Source of the DNA: Rickettsia typhi
GTDB taxonomy: Bacteria; Pseudomonadota; Alphaproteobacteria; Rickettsiales; UBA1997
Assembly (NCBI GenBank): GCA_945862535.1
Contig: CAMAYG010000001.1
Span: 18,731-82,730 of the forward strand
DNA length: 64,000 nucleotides
Reading direction: 5' to 3'
Shown: positions 44,444 through 54,607 of the stretch, one piece after another
Layout: the number at the start of each line of letters is the position of its first letter
Numbering within the stretch: position 1 is the first letter of the stretch
Notes under the pieces: model-generated
Seen by the model: only the letters and a program-made list of their open reading frames with translations
The model's database searches: none
What the model was told of the DNA's origin: nothing
Position numbers and translations under genes: made by a program

Positions 44444-47143
44444 TTAGATAGAGCAAATCATATCTAAAACGAATTGTAAAATACCACCATTCTTATAATA
44501 AGAAACTTCATTAGCGGTATCGATATTGCACCGTAAATGAACAGTTGCCTTTTTACCATCTTGATATGTAATTATACATTCAACATCTTGTTTGGTAATA
44601 ATGTTTTTGTCAAGACCAACTATGTCAATCGTTTCTTTTCCAGACAAATTTAGATTTTTACGGTTCTGACCTTCGGCAAAAGTTAACGGCAAAACACCCA
44701 TGCCGATTAAATTTGAACGATGAATTCTTTCAAAACTTTCGGCAATAACGGCTTTTACCCCAAGTAGAACTGTTCCCTTGGCAGCCCAATCCCTTGAGGA
44801 TCCTGTGCCATATTCTTTTCCAGCGAACACGACTAAGGGAGTTTCTCTGCTAATGTAATACTCCGATGCCTCATAAATCGAAATAATTTCTTCGGAATTA
44901 GCTATTTTTGTATAACCACCCTCTTTTGCAATAATTCCATCTTGATTTAGTAAAATTTCATTTTTAATTCTGGTATTGGCAAAAGTACCACGAACCATAA
45001 CCTCGTGATTCCCTCTTCTTGCTCCATATGAATTAAAGTCAGCAACTTTAACATTTTTAGAATTGAGATAAGCTGCTGCTGGAGAATTACTACTTATATT
45101 GCCAGCTGGAGAGATGTGATCTGTAGTTATTGAGTCGCCAAATATTGCTAAAATCTTTGCTTCTTTTATGTTAAAATTTGATTCTTCGTTATTTTTGTTA
45201 CGAATTTCAGAGAAATAATTTGGCAGACGAATATAAGAGCTATTTTTATCCCAGCTGTAAGTTTCCGATGGCTTAATATCAACATTTTTCCATTCTTGCC
45301 CTCCATCGAATAAATTAGCATATTTTACATTGAAAAGTTGACGATTTATGTGTTTATTAACAATATCGTTTATTTCGTTTTGACTTGGCCAAATATCTCT
45401 TAAAAATACTTGCTTACCACTTTCGTCAACACCGAGTGGCTGTGTTTCTAGGTCTATCATAACAGTTCCAGCAATTGCAAAAGCAACAACTAAAGGCGGA
45501 GAAGCTAGGTAGTTAGCTTTAATCAGCGGATGAATTCTTCCTTCAAAGTTTCTGTTACCAGACAAAATAGAGCTAACAGCCAAGTTGTTTTCTTTAATTA
45601 AATCTTCAACCTCGGGATTTAAAGATCCAGAATTACCAATGCATGTTGTGCAACCGTATCCAACTATATTAAAACCAAGCTCATCGAGATATTTTTGCAG
45701 ACCAGAATTTTCTAGATAACTACTAACAACCTGAGAGCCTGGAGCTAAGGATGTCTTGATGTAAGGTTTAACTTTTAATGATTTTTCAATCGCTTTCTTT
45801 GCGACCAGTCCAGCAGTAACCATTACATAAGGATTCGAAGTGTTGGTGCAAGATGTTATTGCCGCAAGAACAATATCGCCATTGCTTAAAGAACAGCCAT
45901 TGTCTTTTGCTTGATATTTCTTCAATAGCAGTTTGTCTTCTATTTTTAATTCTTTTGCAAAATTAAGAAAGGATCCTTGTAATTCGACAAGATTTACCTT
46001 ATCTTGAGGTCTTTTTGGGCCAGCTAAAGTTGGTTTGATTGTAGAAATATCTAATTCTAAAAGATCGCTAAAATCTGGGCTGTATTTTTGATGATCTTCT
46101 ATGAATAGTTCTTGGGCTTTTGCATAATATTCAACTAACTCTATATTTTCACTGGTACGAGCGGTTAATTCTAGGTATTTAATTGTCTCTTTGTCTATTG
46201 GAAATATTCCGCAAGTTGCACCATATTCTGGAGCCATATTTGCAATGGTTGCCCTATCTGCTAAAGTTATATTTTCTAAGGCTGGCCCAAAAAACTCAAC
46301 AAACTTACCGACAACAGATTTTTTTCGCAAAATATTAGTAATTGTAAGCACTAGATCTGTAGCCGTTGTTCCTTCGCTTTGTTTTCCAGTTAGTTTGAAA
46401 CCTATAACTTCTGGTATTAGCATTGATATTGGCTGACCAAGCATCGCGGCCTCGGCTTCTATTCCACCCACACCCCAACCTAAAACAGATAATCCGTTAA
46501 TCATTGTTGTGTGACTATCTGTTCCAACAACGGTATCTGGGTAGGCAAGAGGAATCTTGCTATCGTCTTGCCACACCACTTTTGCTAAATTTTCCAAATT
46601 AACCTGATGACAAATTCCCGTTCCTGGCGGAACAACTCTAAAATTATTAAAAGATTGCTGAGCCCATTTTAAAAATTTATATCTTTCTATATTTCTTTGA
46701 AATTCAAGCTCGACATTTTTTAACAGAGAGTCTTTAGATCCGAAATAATCCACCTGAACAGAATGATCTATTACCAAATCAACAGGAACGAGAGGGTTAA
46801 TTTTTTTTGGATCTTTGTTTCTTTTGGAGCAGGCATCGCGCATTGCCGCCAAATCTACAACAGCAGGAACCCCAGTAAAATCTTGCATCAAAACTCTTGC
46901 TGGAGAGAAGGATATTTCTATTCTTTGCTCTTTATCTTTTATTGATTCAAAAATGGCTAATAGGTGTTTTTCGGATATTTCTTTATCGTTAAAATTTCTA
47001 GCTAAATTTTCTAAAAGAATCTTCAGGCTAAAAGGCAGAGAGCTAAGGTTTTTATTAAGCTTCTTAGATATTTCTTTTAATGAAAAATATCTGTAATCTT
47101 TGGTTGAGGTTTTTAAAATATCTGGACTAATAAATTTTGTCAT
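44444..47143 (-). CDS. acnA: Aconitate hydratase AcnA
   Basis: 899 aa. Motifs LMQDFTGVPAVVDLAAMR, VIDHSVQVD, GTDSHTTM.NGL, Fe-S ligands ITSCTNTSNP and GCTTCIGNSG, and the swivel domain GSSRDWAAKG..LLGV.AVIAESFERIHRSNL. Confidence 0.96.
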   Translation of the reverse strand: MTKFISPDILKTSTKDYRYFSLKEISKKLNKNLSSLPFSLKILLENLARNFNDKEISEKHLLAIFESIKDKEQRIEISFSPARVLMQDFTGVPAVVDLAAMRDACSKRNKDPKKINPLVPVDLVIDHSVQVDYFGSKDSLLKNVELEFQRNIERYKFLKWAQQSFNNFRVVPPGTGICHQVNLENLAKVVWQDDSKIPLAYPDTVVGTDSHTTMINGLSVLGWGVGGIEAEAAMLGQPISMLIPEVIGFKLTGKQSEGTTATDLVLTITNILRKKSVVGKFVEFFGPALENITLADRATIANMAPEYGATCGIFPIDKETIKYLELTARTSENIELVEYYAKAQELFIEDHQKYSPDFSDLLELDISTIKPTLAGPKRPQDKVNLVELQGSFLNFAKELKIEDKLLLKKYQAKDNGCSLSNGDIVLAAITSCTNTSNPYVMVTAGLVAKKAIEKSLKVKPYIKTSLAPGSQVVSSYLENSGLQKYLDELGFNIVGYGCTTCIGNSGSLNPEVEDLIKENNLAVSSILSGNRNFEGRIHPLIKANYLASPPLVVAFAIAGTVMIDLETQPLGVDESGKQVFLRDIWPSQNEINDIVNKHINRQLFNVKYANLFDGGQEWKNVDIKPSETYSWDKNSSYIRLPNYFSEIRNKNNEESNFNIKEAKILAIFGDSITTDHISPAGNISSNSPAAAYLNSKNVKVADFNSYGARRGNHEVMVRGTFANTRIKNEILLNQDGIIAKEGGYTKIANSEEIISIYEASEYYISRETPLVVFAGKEYGTGSSRDWAAKGTVLLGVKAVIAESFERIHRSNLIGMGVLPLTFAEGQNRKNLNLSGKETIDIVGLDKNIITKQDVECIITYQDGKKATVHLRCNIDTANEVSYYKNGGILQFVLDMICSI

Positions 47144-47152
47144 AAATGTTTT

Positions 47153-47884
47153 TTAATGGGTTGCGACTAGGTACCAAGTATTGTCAATAGATTTTTTAGC
47201 AATATCATATGAAAAAGTCCATTTATCTAATACTTGCTCTGCTTTATCGGCTGAGCCTTTGATAATCTCGTTATTAAGATTAGTTATAAAGTTAATCTGC
47301 TTACTTGTAAATTGCAACGAAACTCTAATCTCGTTACCAGTTTGATTAACCGAAACTATCTCAACTCTATCTATTTCAATAATCTTACTAACAAGTATTT
47401 TGTTTTGATTAATTCTTTCTTGTTTTGCATATCTTAGATTTGTAAAAACAGATTCTGAGCATAGATGCTTTACATCGTCCATATCGCTGTCAGAAAAACT
47501 CTTTATAATCATTTGAAATGTTGCCTTAGAGGCAGATAAGAAAAAGCTTAAATCTATATTCAACTCTTCGAATATATTGATTATTTGTCTTTTTTGAATA
47601 TATGGTAATTTGGCAATAGATTCGTGAGAAAAGCTTTGATCTTTCTCTGTAGAGCTTTGACCAACTAGCTTAACATCTTGGGGAGTTTCTGTGTTTAGAT
47701 CTTTATTGTCCTGAGCATTATTGTCGTGAGCATTGCTAGAGGCTGAATTTGGATTTAATTTTTGATTTTTGATTTTAGCTTTAATATTTTCTTTTTCTTT
47801 TTCATCGATTTTACCAAATTCGTTATTTAGTTTGTAGAAAATAATTGCTGATAAAATTGCAAGTAAAACAATATCGATAATCAT
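47153..47884 (-). CDS. Tim44-like domain protein (membrane-anchored)
   Basis: 243 aa. N-terminal TM helix, charged linker, and a C-terminal ~140-aa Tim44-like pattern (F...A...F..I...F...D...........F........R................I.......W.F........W.L). This family is typical of alphaproteobacteria. Confidence 0.75.
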   Translation of the reverse strand: MIIDIVLLAILSAIIFYKLNNEFGKIDEKEKENIKAKIKNQKLNPNSASSNAHDNNAQDNKDLNTETPQDVKLVGQSSTEKDQSFSHESIAKLPYIQKRQIINIFEELNIDLSFFLSASKATFQMIIKSFSDSDMDDVKHLCSESVFTNLRYAKQERINQNKILVSKIIEIDRVEIVSVNQTGNEIRVSLQFTSKQINFITNLNNEIIKGSADKAEQVLDKWTFSYDIAKKSIDNTWYLVATH

Positions 47885-47905
47885 TGGGTGAATTAGTAAT
47901 TTTAA

Positions 47906-47983
47906 TGGGGCAGATGACGAGTCTCGAACTCGCGACCCTCAGAACCACAACCTGATGCTCTAACCAACTGAGCTACACCTGCC
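47906..47983 (-). tRNA. tRNA-His (anticodon GTG) with genomically encoded G-1, C73 and CCA
   Basis: Reverse complement: G-GCAGGTG-TA-GCTC-AGTTGGTTA-GAGC-A-TCAGG-TTGTGGT-TCTGA-GGGTC-GCGAG-TTCGAGA-CTCGT-CATCTGC-C-CCA. It folds as a cloverleaf with a 7-bp acceptor stem plus the extra G-1:C73 pair, U8/A9, GG in the D-loop, TTCGA in the T-loop and anticodon loop TT-GTG-GT. Confidence 0.92.
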
Positions 47984-48063
47984 AAATGATTATATAGCCA
48001 AAATAGCTTTATTTTTAAAACATGCAAATAAATACATTATTTTAAAAAGATACCACAAAATAA

Positions 48064-48092
48064 AAATTAGCAATAGCAAAAATATTTGTCAA
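48064..48092 (-). promoter_or_regulatory. Candidate promoter upstream of tRNA-His (TTGACA - 17 nt - TAATTT)
   Basis: Minus strand ttgacaaatatttttgctattgctaattt. Perfect -35 at 48092-48087, a 17-nt spacer, and the -10 at 48069-48064 (4/6 match). It lies about 75 nt upstream of the tRNA 5' end. Confidence 0.3.
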
Positions 48093-48133
48093 GACTATTT
48101 TTAACCTTTAGAAATAAAAGTTAAAAAGCATAT

Positions 48134-48877
48134 TTAACAGCTTTTCAAACTTTTAAGTTCTTGTATTTCAGCATAAATAATTAACATAGAGCTATTCAAA
48201 TCTGTATCTTGCTTTTTCACAAAAGCAGCAAATTCTGGATTTGTTAAAGCTATTTTTTGAGGAACTTGCGCTATCTTAATAGAACTTAAAGTTGAGTTAA
48301 GAAGCATCCTTTCTATTATTTTGTTTTCATTACTCCCGTAAATGTAACGAAGTTCCAAGTTCCTTGATAAAACTTTGCCAGCAGAAGAAATTACACTAAT
48401 TAAAACTTTAACCTCATCTCCGCACTTTATTTGATTTTTATCAAATGATGATTCGTTGATAGGGGTATCTATGTACTGAATTTCGTTCTTAGCTTTATTT
48501 AAAGCAATATTTTGTTGAGTTTTTAAAAACTCAATTGATTGTTTATCTTCGTCAGATAAGCTACCGCTCTCTTGATTTAATTGGTTTGAAGCCGGAATAA
48601 GTCTTTCCTTAGAAGTTAACAATTCCTGACTGTGTTCTTTTTGCAATGTATCATTATTATATTTACCAGAAGAATCTTGATGCGAATCTTTATTTTGATT
48701 CTTTGCCAAATATATCTTGTGCTCTACGTTATGAAGATGTTTTTTAAAGTCGTTAATACCGTCTTTAAAACTTTGATTTGACAAATTGCTGTTGCCATTA
48801 TGTGTAAATAAAAAATACAACAACCCAAGAACCCCAAATAAACGAAAATACTTGTGATTGATAATTTTTGAGATCAT
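48134..48877 (-). CDS. Hypothetical membrane-anchored protein
   Basis: 247 aa. N-terminal TM helix (FRLFGVLGLLYFLF), a long polar N/Q/S/K-rich linker, and a ~100-aa C-terminal globular region (CGDEVKVLISV...G) that only faintly resembles an FKBP-like fold. Confidence 0.55.
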   Translation of the reverse strand: MISKIINHKYFRLFGVLGLLYFLFTHNGNSNLSNQSFKDGINDFKKHLHNVEHKIYLAKNQNKDSHQDSSGKYNNDTLQKEHSQELLTSKERLIPASNQLNQESGSLSDEDKQSIEFLKTQQNIALNKAKNEIQYIDTPINESSFDKNQIKCGDEVKVLISVISSAGKVLSRNLELRYIYGSNENKIIERMLLNSTLSSIKIAQVPQKIALTNPEFAAFVKKQDTDLNSSMLIIYAEIQELKSLKSC

Positions 48878-48897
48878 AGGAAAGATTTTAATGCAAA

Positions 48898-49116
48898 CTA
48901 GGTTGATCTTTTAATTATTCTACCTTTAGCTAAATCGTATGTTGTCATTTCTACCTCAACTTTATCTCCTTTTAGAATGCGAATTTTGTTTTTACGAATT
49001 TTACCCGAGGCATGGGCAATAATCATGTGTTTATTTTCTAGTTCGACACGAAAAATTGTATTTGGCAAAACTTCAATAACCACTCCATTCATGGTTAATA
49101 GATCTTCTTTTGACAT
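48898..49116 (-). CDS. infA: Translation initiation factor IF-1
   Basis: 72 aa. MSKEDLL.M.G.V.E.LPN..FRVELEN.H...AH.SGK.RKN.IRIL.GD.V.VEM..YDL.KGRI..R. Confidence 0.95.
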   Translation of the reverse strand: MSKEDLLTMNGVVIEVLPNTIFRVELENKHMIIAHASGKIRKNKIRILKGDKVEVEMTTYDLAKGRIIKRST

Positions 49117-49356
49117 TAATTTTACCTAGTTGATTATTAAATTGCTTTAAAACAATACTCCAAAGTAGCAGAGAAGTAAAGTTTAATGTTGTAAATAAAA
49201 CTTTTCTTTTGTCAAGAATATTTAAATAAATTTTATTTGATAATTATTTTTTTAATTTTAACAATACAGTTAGTTTCTAAAAACTAAATTATTCCCCTTA
49301 GGTCTAAAAACTTATTTATTGAGCAATTAGCAATCTTAATACTTAATTAACAACAT

Positions 49357-50208
49357 ATGACTGCCTCATTGCAAAGAATTGGTTTCCAAGGTGTTGTTGG
49401 GGCTAACTCCAACCTAGTTGCTAAACTTTTCTATCCGAAAGCCGAGTATTTTGCCTTTCCAACATTTTACAATGCTTTTCATGCTGTTATCAGCAAAACT
49501 GTTGATATTGCAATTATTCCACTAGAAAACTCTTTTAGTGGCAGAGTAGCTGAAATACACGGACTACTACAAAAAACCGACATTTTTATTGTTGCTGAGC
49601 ATTTTTTTAGGGTTAGGCATTATTTGGCCGCTACAAAAGGTAGCGATATTAAAAAAATAAATAAGGTATTTTCACACCCGCATGCTTTAATGCAATGTCA
49701 AAGCCGTATTCGCGAGCTCAATCTACAATCGGTAGAATTTTCTAATACCGCAGCCGCAGCACAATTTGTAGCATTCAATAACAACGAGACTCAGGCTGCA
49801 ATTTGCACAAAAGAAGCTGCTAAAATTTACGATTTAGCCATTATCGACGAAAACTTTCAAGATGCAAAAGATGAAAATATTACAATATTTATTGCTATCG
49901 CTAGAGAGCCGTTAAAATTAGAAAAAGAACAAGATACTATAACATCGATAATATTTTCAATAAAAAACTATGCTGGAGCATTATATGATGCCATTGGTAG
50001 CTTCGCCAACAATAACGTTAGCATAATTAAACTAGAAAGCTACATCCCTGGAGGCTTTTCAACTCAAGCAAAATTCTTTATTTCAATAGATGGCGACTTG
50101 AGAAAAGAGAAAGTAAAAAAAGCTATAGAAAATTTAACGAATCATAGCGATGAAATAAAAATTCTTGGCAGTTACTATGCCGATAAAACCAGATTAAATA
50201 TTAATTAA
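49357..50208 (+). CDS. pheA: Prephenate dehydratase (PDT + ACT domains)
   Basis: 283 aa. Motifs I.FQG..GA.S, P.ENS..G.V, SHP.AL.QC and T.F...., plus a C-terminal ACT domain (G.L......F....V...KLESR-like). Confidence 0.88.
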   Translation: MTASLQRIGFQGVVGANSNLVAKLFYPKAEYFAFPTFYNAFHAVISKTVDIAIIPLENSFSGRVAEIHGLLQKTDIFIVAEHFFRVRHYLAATKGSDIKKINKVFSHPHALMQCQSRIRELNLQSVEFSNTAAAAQFVAFNNNETQAAICTKEAAKIYDLAIIDENFQDAKDENITIFIAIAREPLKLEKEQDTITSIIFSIKNYAGALYDAIGSFANNNVSIIKLESYIPGGFSTQAKFFISIDGDLRKEKVKKAIENLTNHSDEIKILGSYYADKTRLNIN

Positions 50209-50221
50209 TCCTATCGAACAT

Positions 50222-50893
50222 ATGAGAATTGTTGCTGGAAAATTAAAAGGTCAAAAATTTGCTGAAAAAAATAATTTTACAAGCTTCAGACCAACAACAG
50301 AAAAGGCTAGGCAAGCTATTTTTAATATATTAACACCAGAAATAAATGCCATTCTTACCACTAAATCGAATATAAAGGTGTTAGATTTAGCATGTGGTAG
50401 TGGTGCATTCTCTTTTGAAGCGATATCAAGATTCCCGTCTTTTGCCACACTTGTTGATTATAATTCAAAACATTTAGAATTTACCAAAGAAAGTGCCCGT
50501 TCTCTAGAAATCTACGACAGATGTTCTTTTTTAAAGCTAGATCTTTGCAATATGCCACTCAACAACAATTATTTTGATATCATTTTCCTTGATCCGCCCT
50601 ACTCTGCTAACTATTGGCAAATTATATCAGAGATTGCGAAAAAGAATTGGCTACAAAAAGATTCTTTATTTATTGTTGAATTTACAACTCAAAATGATAA
50701 CTTTCTAACTTATGATTTATTAAAAATAATCAGAAATCTTAAGTTATTAAAAAGTCACCATCAAGATATTGAAGAAAAAATTAAGAAAAAATTTACAGAT
50801 TTATTGCTTTCACTAGATCTAATCTATAAAATAGAAATTTTTAGCATCAAGTCTTATGGCGATACTGGGGTACTGGTAATAAAAATGCAATAA
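50222..50893 (+). CDS. rsmD: 16S rRNA (guanine966-N2)-methyltransferase RsmD with C-terminal extension
   Basis: 223 aa. MRIVAGKLKG.K......FRPTT.K.R.A.FNIL, LDL.CGSGA.SFEA.SR and FLDPPY. Confidence 0.8.
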   Translation: MRIVAGKLKGQKFAEKNNFTSFRPTTEKARQAIFNILTPEINAILTTKSNIKVLDLACGSGAFSFEAISRFPSFATLVDYNSKHLEFTKESARSLEIYDRCSFLKLDLCNMPLNNNYFDIIFLDPPYSANYWQIISEIAKKNWLQKDSLFIVEFTTQNDNFLTYDLLKIIRNLKLLKSHHQDIEEKIKKKFTDLLLSLDLIYKIEIFSIKSYGDTGVLVIKMQ

Positions 50894-51000
50894 CTCTCAT
50901 ATAAAATAAATTAAATTAATGAAGTTGTATTGATTTTAAAATTATCACGGTTATTTTTTACCAAAAACACCATCTTTTTAAGTTTTAACCTATCAAAGCA

Positions 51001-52206
51001 ATGTCAAATAATCAGTCAAATCGACAGCAAGAGCTTATAAAGCTAACGGAAGATTTGATAAACTTTAAATCTTTTAGCGGTAAACATATAGAGATCCTAA
51101 ACTTTATTGAAAAATTTTTAGTAGATTTGGGCTTCGAAACAAGGCAAGTTGAGTTTTGTGGAGATGATTCTTATGAAGTAAATAATTTATGGGGTATTTT
51201 TAATAAAGACACCTCTAGAAATATCTACTTTGCAGGTCATACCGATGTTGTAGCGACAGGAGACGAATCTAAATGGACATTTCCACCTTTTAAAGCAACA
51301 ATTAGCGATAATAAAATATTTGGTAGAGGTGCAGTTGATATGAAGGGAGCTATTGCCTGCTTTATGGTTGCAGTAAAAAATTTTTTAAAAAAGCACAATA
51401 AAATTGATTTTGGTATAGGCTTTTTAATTACCAATGATGAAGAGGCAGACGGTATAAACGGAACCAATAAAGTGCTTAAATGGCTAAGCAAAGAAGGTTA
51501 TAAAATTAATTCTTGCATAGTTGGAGAGCCAACAAACCCTTCCCAAATTGGCGAAATGATAAAAGTGGGCAGAAGGGGTAGTATAAATTTTAATCTAAAA
51601 ATTATTGGTAAACAAGGTCATGTTGCTTATCCAGAAAATGCAATTAATCCAAATAAGATAATAATCGATATTCTGCATCAATTGCAGATTCATACATTCG
51701 ATAACGGCAATAAATTCTTTGATCCAACCCACCTAGAAGTAACTTCAATTTACTCCGATAATTTTGGCAATAATGTTATACCAAAAGAGTCTGGAGCAAA
51801 TTTCAATATTCGCTTTAACGATATTCACAATTCCAAAGATATCGTTGAGCTTATAAAATTTGTATCAGAGAAAAATGCCTTGGCAATGAATGCTGTGATA
51901 GAGCTAAAATACAAGATAAGCGGAGAGTCTTTCTTTAGCAAGCCGAAGGAATTAGCAAATATAGCAAAAAATGCCATATCTCTTACAAATGGTCAAAAAG
52001 CTGTTTTCAGCACTACAGGAGGAACATCTGATGCAAGATTTATTAAAAATTATGCAGATGAGGTCATAGAATTTGGCTTAATCAACAAAACAGCACATCA
52101 AATTGATGAAAATATAGCAATATCCGATCTTGCATTACTTTGTGAAATTTATGAAAAAATATTAGAAGACTTTAGTCTTAATTCCTTTTTAAAATCACCG
52201 CAATAA
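51001..52206 (+). CDS. dapE: Succinyl-diaminopimelate desuccinylase DapE (M20)
   Basis: 401 aa. Motifs FAGHTDVV..GD...W..PPF.A.I.....FGRGA.DMKG, DEE...INGT, GEPT and GRRGS....L...G.QGHVAYP. Confidence 0.9.
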   Translation: MSNNQSNRQQELIKLTEDLINFKSFSGKHIEILNFIEKFLVDLGFETRQVEFCGDDSYEVNNLWGIFNKDTSRNIYFAGHTDVVATGDESKWTFPPFKATISDNKIFGRGAVDMKGAIACFMVAVKNFLKKHNKIDFGIGFLITNDEEADGINGTNKVLKWLSKEGYKINSCIVGEPTNPSQIGEMIKVGRRGSINFNLKIIGKQGHVAYPENAINPNKIIIDILHQLQIHTFDNGNKFFDPTHLEVTSIYSDNFGNNVIPKESGANFNIRFNDIHNSKDIVELIKFVSEKNALAMNAVIELKYKISGESFFSKPKELANIAKNAISLTNGQKAVFSTTGGTSDARFIKNYADEVIEFGLINKTAHQIDENIAISDLALLCEIYEKILEDFSLNSFLKSPQ

Positions 52207-52210
52207 AACA

Positions 52211-52894
52211 ATGAAACTTTTTAACATTAAAAATTTAAACAAAAAGTTGGACTTTAAATTTATTAACACTCGTAGCAAGTATATTAAATCAGAGAAAGCC
52301 AAAAGACGAATAGTAAAATTAGCAATCAAAAACAAGAAGATTGATATAGAAAAGCACAAATTTCTAATTAGTTTATTTGGCTGTGGATTCTTTAAATTTG
52401 CCCCAGGAACAGTTGCAAGTATATTTACTTGCTTTATATGGTTTTTATTTAATTATCTAGTGCTTGAAAACAAAACACCTCTTTTTGTTAATGTTTTTTG
52501 GACTATAATCGTGGCTATTGTATTCTTTTATGGCACTTTTATTTGCCCATTTTATGAAGAATTTTTAAAAACAGAAGACCCGCCTTCTGTTGTAATAGAC
52601 GAATTTGTTGGTCAAATATTTGCACTATTTACCAGTTATAGCATTGTAAAAGAGTATATATTTTTATATCAAGATATCCAGTCTATCTATTTTTCTGTTG
52701 CCACTGTTCATATATTTTTATGCCTTATATCTTTCCGCTTTCTTGATATTGTAAAACCTTCAATAATTGGTTTCATAGACCGAAATATTAAGGGCGGACT
52801 AGGAATAATGCTCGACGACTTAATTTCTGGAGTATTTGCTTCGGTGATTGTTATAATAATTTTTAAAACAGTTTTTATAACATTCATAATCTAA
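52211..52894 (+). CDS. pgpA: Phosphatidylglycerophosphatase A with ~50-aa basic N-terminal extension
   Basis: 227 aa. GCGF.K.APGT.AS, VIDEF.GQ and FR.LDI.KP.....DRN.KGG.GIM.DD..SG are colinear with E. coli PgpA. Confidence 0.8.
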   Translation: MKLFNIKNLNKKLDFKFINTRSKYIKSEKAKRRIVKLAIKNKKIDIEKHKFLISLFGCGFFKFAPGTVASIFTCFIWFLFNYLVLENKTPLFVNVFWTIIVAIVFFYGTFICPFYEEFLKTEDPPSVVIDEFVGQIFALFTSYSIVKEYIFLYQDIQSIYFSVATVHIFLCLISFRFLDIVKPSIIGFIDRNIKGGLGIMLDDLISGVFASVIVIIIFKTVFITFII

Positions 52895-52911
52895 CAATTT
52901 AATAACTTAAT

Positions 52912-53856
52912 ATGGTAATATCCAATCAGCAATTAATTGAAATTCAAGAGTTGCAACAGCAAAAAAAGACCACAATCAGACCTATATCAGAAAGCCTAGA
53001 AGAGGTTCTTTATAAACCATTCGAAGTTCTAGATCATGGTTTTATCCGAGTTGTTGATTACATGGGAAATGACGATGCAATAGTTCAGGCCGCAAGAGTT
53101 TCTTATGGGAGCGGGACAAAAAAAACCAGTGCTGATAAGGCCTTAATTAATTACTTAATCGCCCATAGGCACACCACTCCATTTGAGATGTGCGAAATTA
53201 AGTTTCATATTAAGTTGCCAATCTTTGTTGCTCGACAATGGATAAGGCATCGCACCGCCTCAATTAATGAATATTCTGCCAGATATTCTATCTTAGAAGA
53301 CGAATTCTATCTACCAAATGCTAGCTTTCTTGCTGCTCAATCCAAAATTAACCACCAAGGAAGGAATGAAGAAAAGATTTTAAATAAAGAAGAGCAGCAA
53401 GAGGTGTTGCAAATACTCAAAAATGATTCTCAAAACTCTTATCAAAATTATCTAAAAATGATCAATCAGGATCAAGAAGGTAATATTACAGATTCTTCAA
53501 AGGAGGGCTTGGCACGAGAATTAGCAAGAATAAACCTACCCTTAAGTTGCTACACTCAATGGTATTGGAAAATAGATCTTCACAACCTTCTTCATTTCTT
53601 GCATTTACGATCTGATAAACATTCTCAATATGAAATTCGCGTTTATGCAGAGGTGATGCTAGATTTAGTTAAGAAGTGGGTTCCTGCTACATATGAAGCA
53701 TTTATCAAGAATCGCAAAAATTCTAAAGAATTTTCAGCTCCAGCAATAGAAGTTGTAAAAAAATTAATCAATAAACAGCCCGTGGATCAAGAAAATTCAG
53801 GGTTGAGCAAAAGGGAGTGGGACGAATTAATGCTAATTCTTGAATTATCCAATTAA
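52912..53856 (+). CDS. thyX: FAD-dependent thymidylate synthase ThyX
   Basis: 314 aa. ThyX signature [19 protein letters not shown] (RHRxxS), plus [19 protein letters not shown] and RSD.H.Q.EIR. Confidence 0.92.
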   Translation: MVISNQQLIEIQELQQQKKTTIRPISESLEEVLYKPFEVLDHGFIRVVDYMGNDDAIVQAARVSYGSGTKKTSADKALINYLIAHRHTTPFEMCEIKFHIKLPIFVARQWIRHRTASINEYSARYSILEDEFYLPNASFLAAQSKINHQGRNEEKILNKEEQQEVLQILKNDSQNSYQNYLKMINQDQEGNITDSSKEGLARELARINLPLSCYTQWYWKIDLHNLLHFLHLRSDKHSQYEIRVYAEVMLDLVKKWVPATYEAFIKNRKNSKEFSAPAIEVVKKLINKQPVDQENSGLSKREWDELMLILELSN

Positions 53857-53971
53857 GGTTGTTTATTATTTTATTCTTAAACTCTTGTTTTAATTAAAAT
53901 AGCTATTATATTGCTATCTTGCTAATGTAATAACTTAGCTTTTTGTAAATTATCAATAAATCAAACAATCT

Positions 53972-54574
53972 ATGTCAGTTCTAGTTACTAAATCAGCTCC
54001 AGATTTTACTGCGGCCGCTATAATGCCAAATAACGAGATTAACGAAACCTTTAATTTAAGAAAGTATATTCAGGGAAAAATAGGGGTATTGTTTTTTTAT
54101 CCACTAGATTTTACCTTCGTATGCCCTTCAGAAATAATTGCTTTTAACAACAGAATCGAAGAGTTTAAAAAACGAAATGCCGAAGTTATCGCTATTTCTG
54201 TTGACTCAAAATATACTCACCTTGCCTGGAAAAACACTCCAATTAATAACGGCGGGATTGGTAAAATTATGTTTCCCATGGTTTCTGACTTAACTAAATC
54301 TATCGCTAAAGATTACGATGTGTTATTTGGTGAAGCTGTAGCTTTAAGAGGAACTTTTATTATCGATCAAGATGGAATCGTTAGACATCAACTAGTAAAT
54401 GATTTACCTCTTGGCAGGAATGTTGACGAAGCAATTCGAATGATTGATGCCTTAACATTCTTTCAAAAACACGGGGAAGTTTGCCCAGCTGGCTGGAATT
54501 CTGGAAAACCGGGAATGAAAGCTAGTTCTGATGGCGTAGCCTCTTACTTATCGGAAAATTCTAATAAGTTATAA
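53972..54574 (+). CDS. ahpC: Typical 2-Cys peroxiredoxin (AhpC/Tsa family)
   Basis: 200 aa. Peroxidatic DFTFVCPSEI and resolving EVCPAGW motifs. Confidence 0.93.
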   Translation: MSVLVTKSAPDFTAAAIMPNNEINETFNLRKYIQGKIGVLFFYPLDFTFVCPSEIIAFNNRIEEFKKRNAEVIAISVDSKYTHLAWKNTPINNGGIGKIMFPMVSDLTKSIAKDYDVLFGEAVALRGTFIIDQDGIVRHQLVNDLPLGRNVDEAIRMIDALTFFQKHGEVCPAGWNSGKPGMKASSDGVASYLSENSNKL

Positions 54575-54607
54575 TAATTTATTTTTAGCATTGCTATAAT
54601 ATAAATA

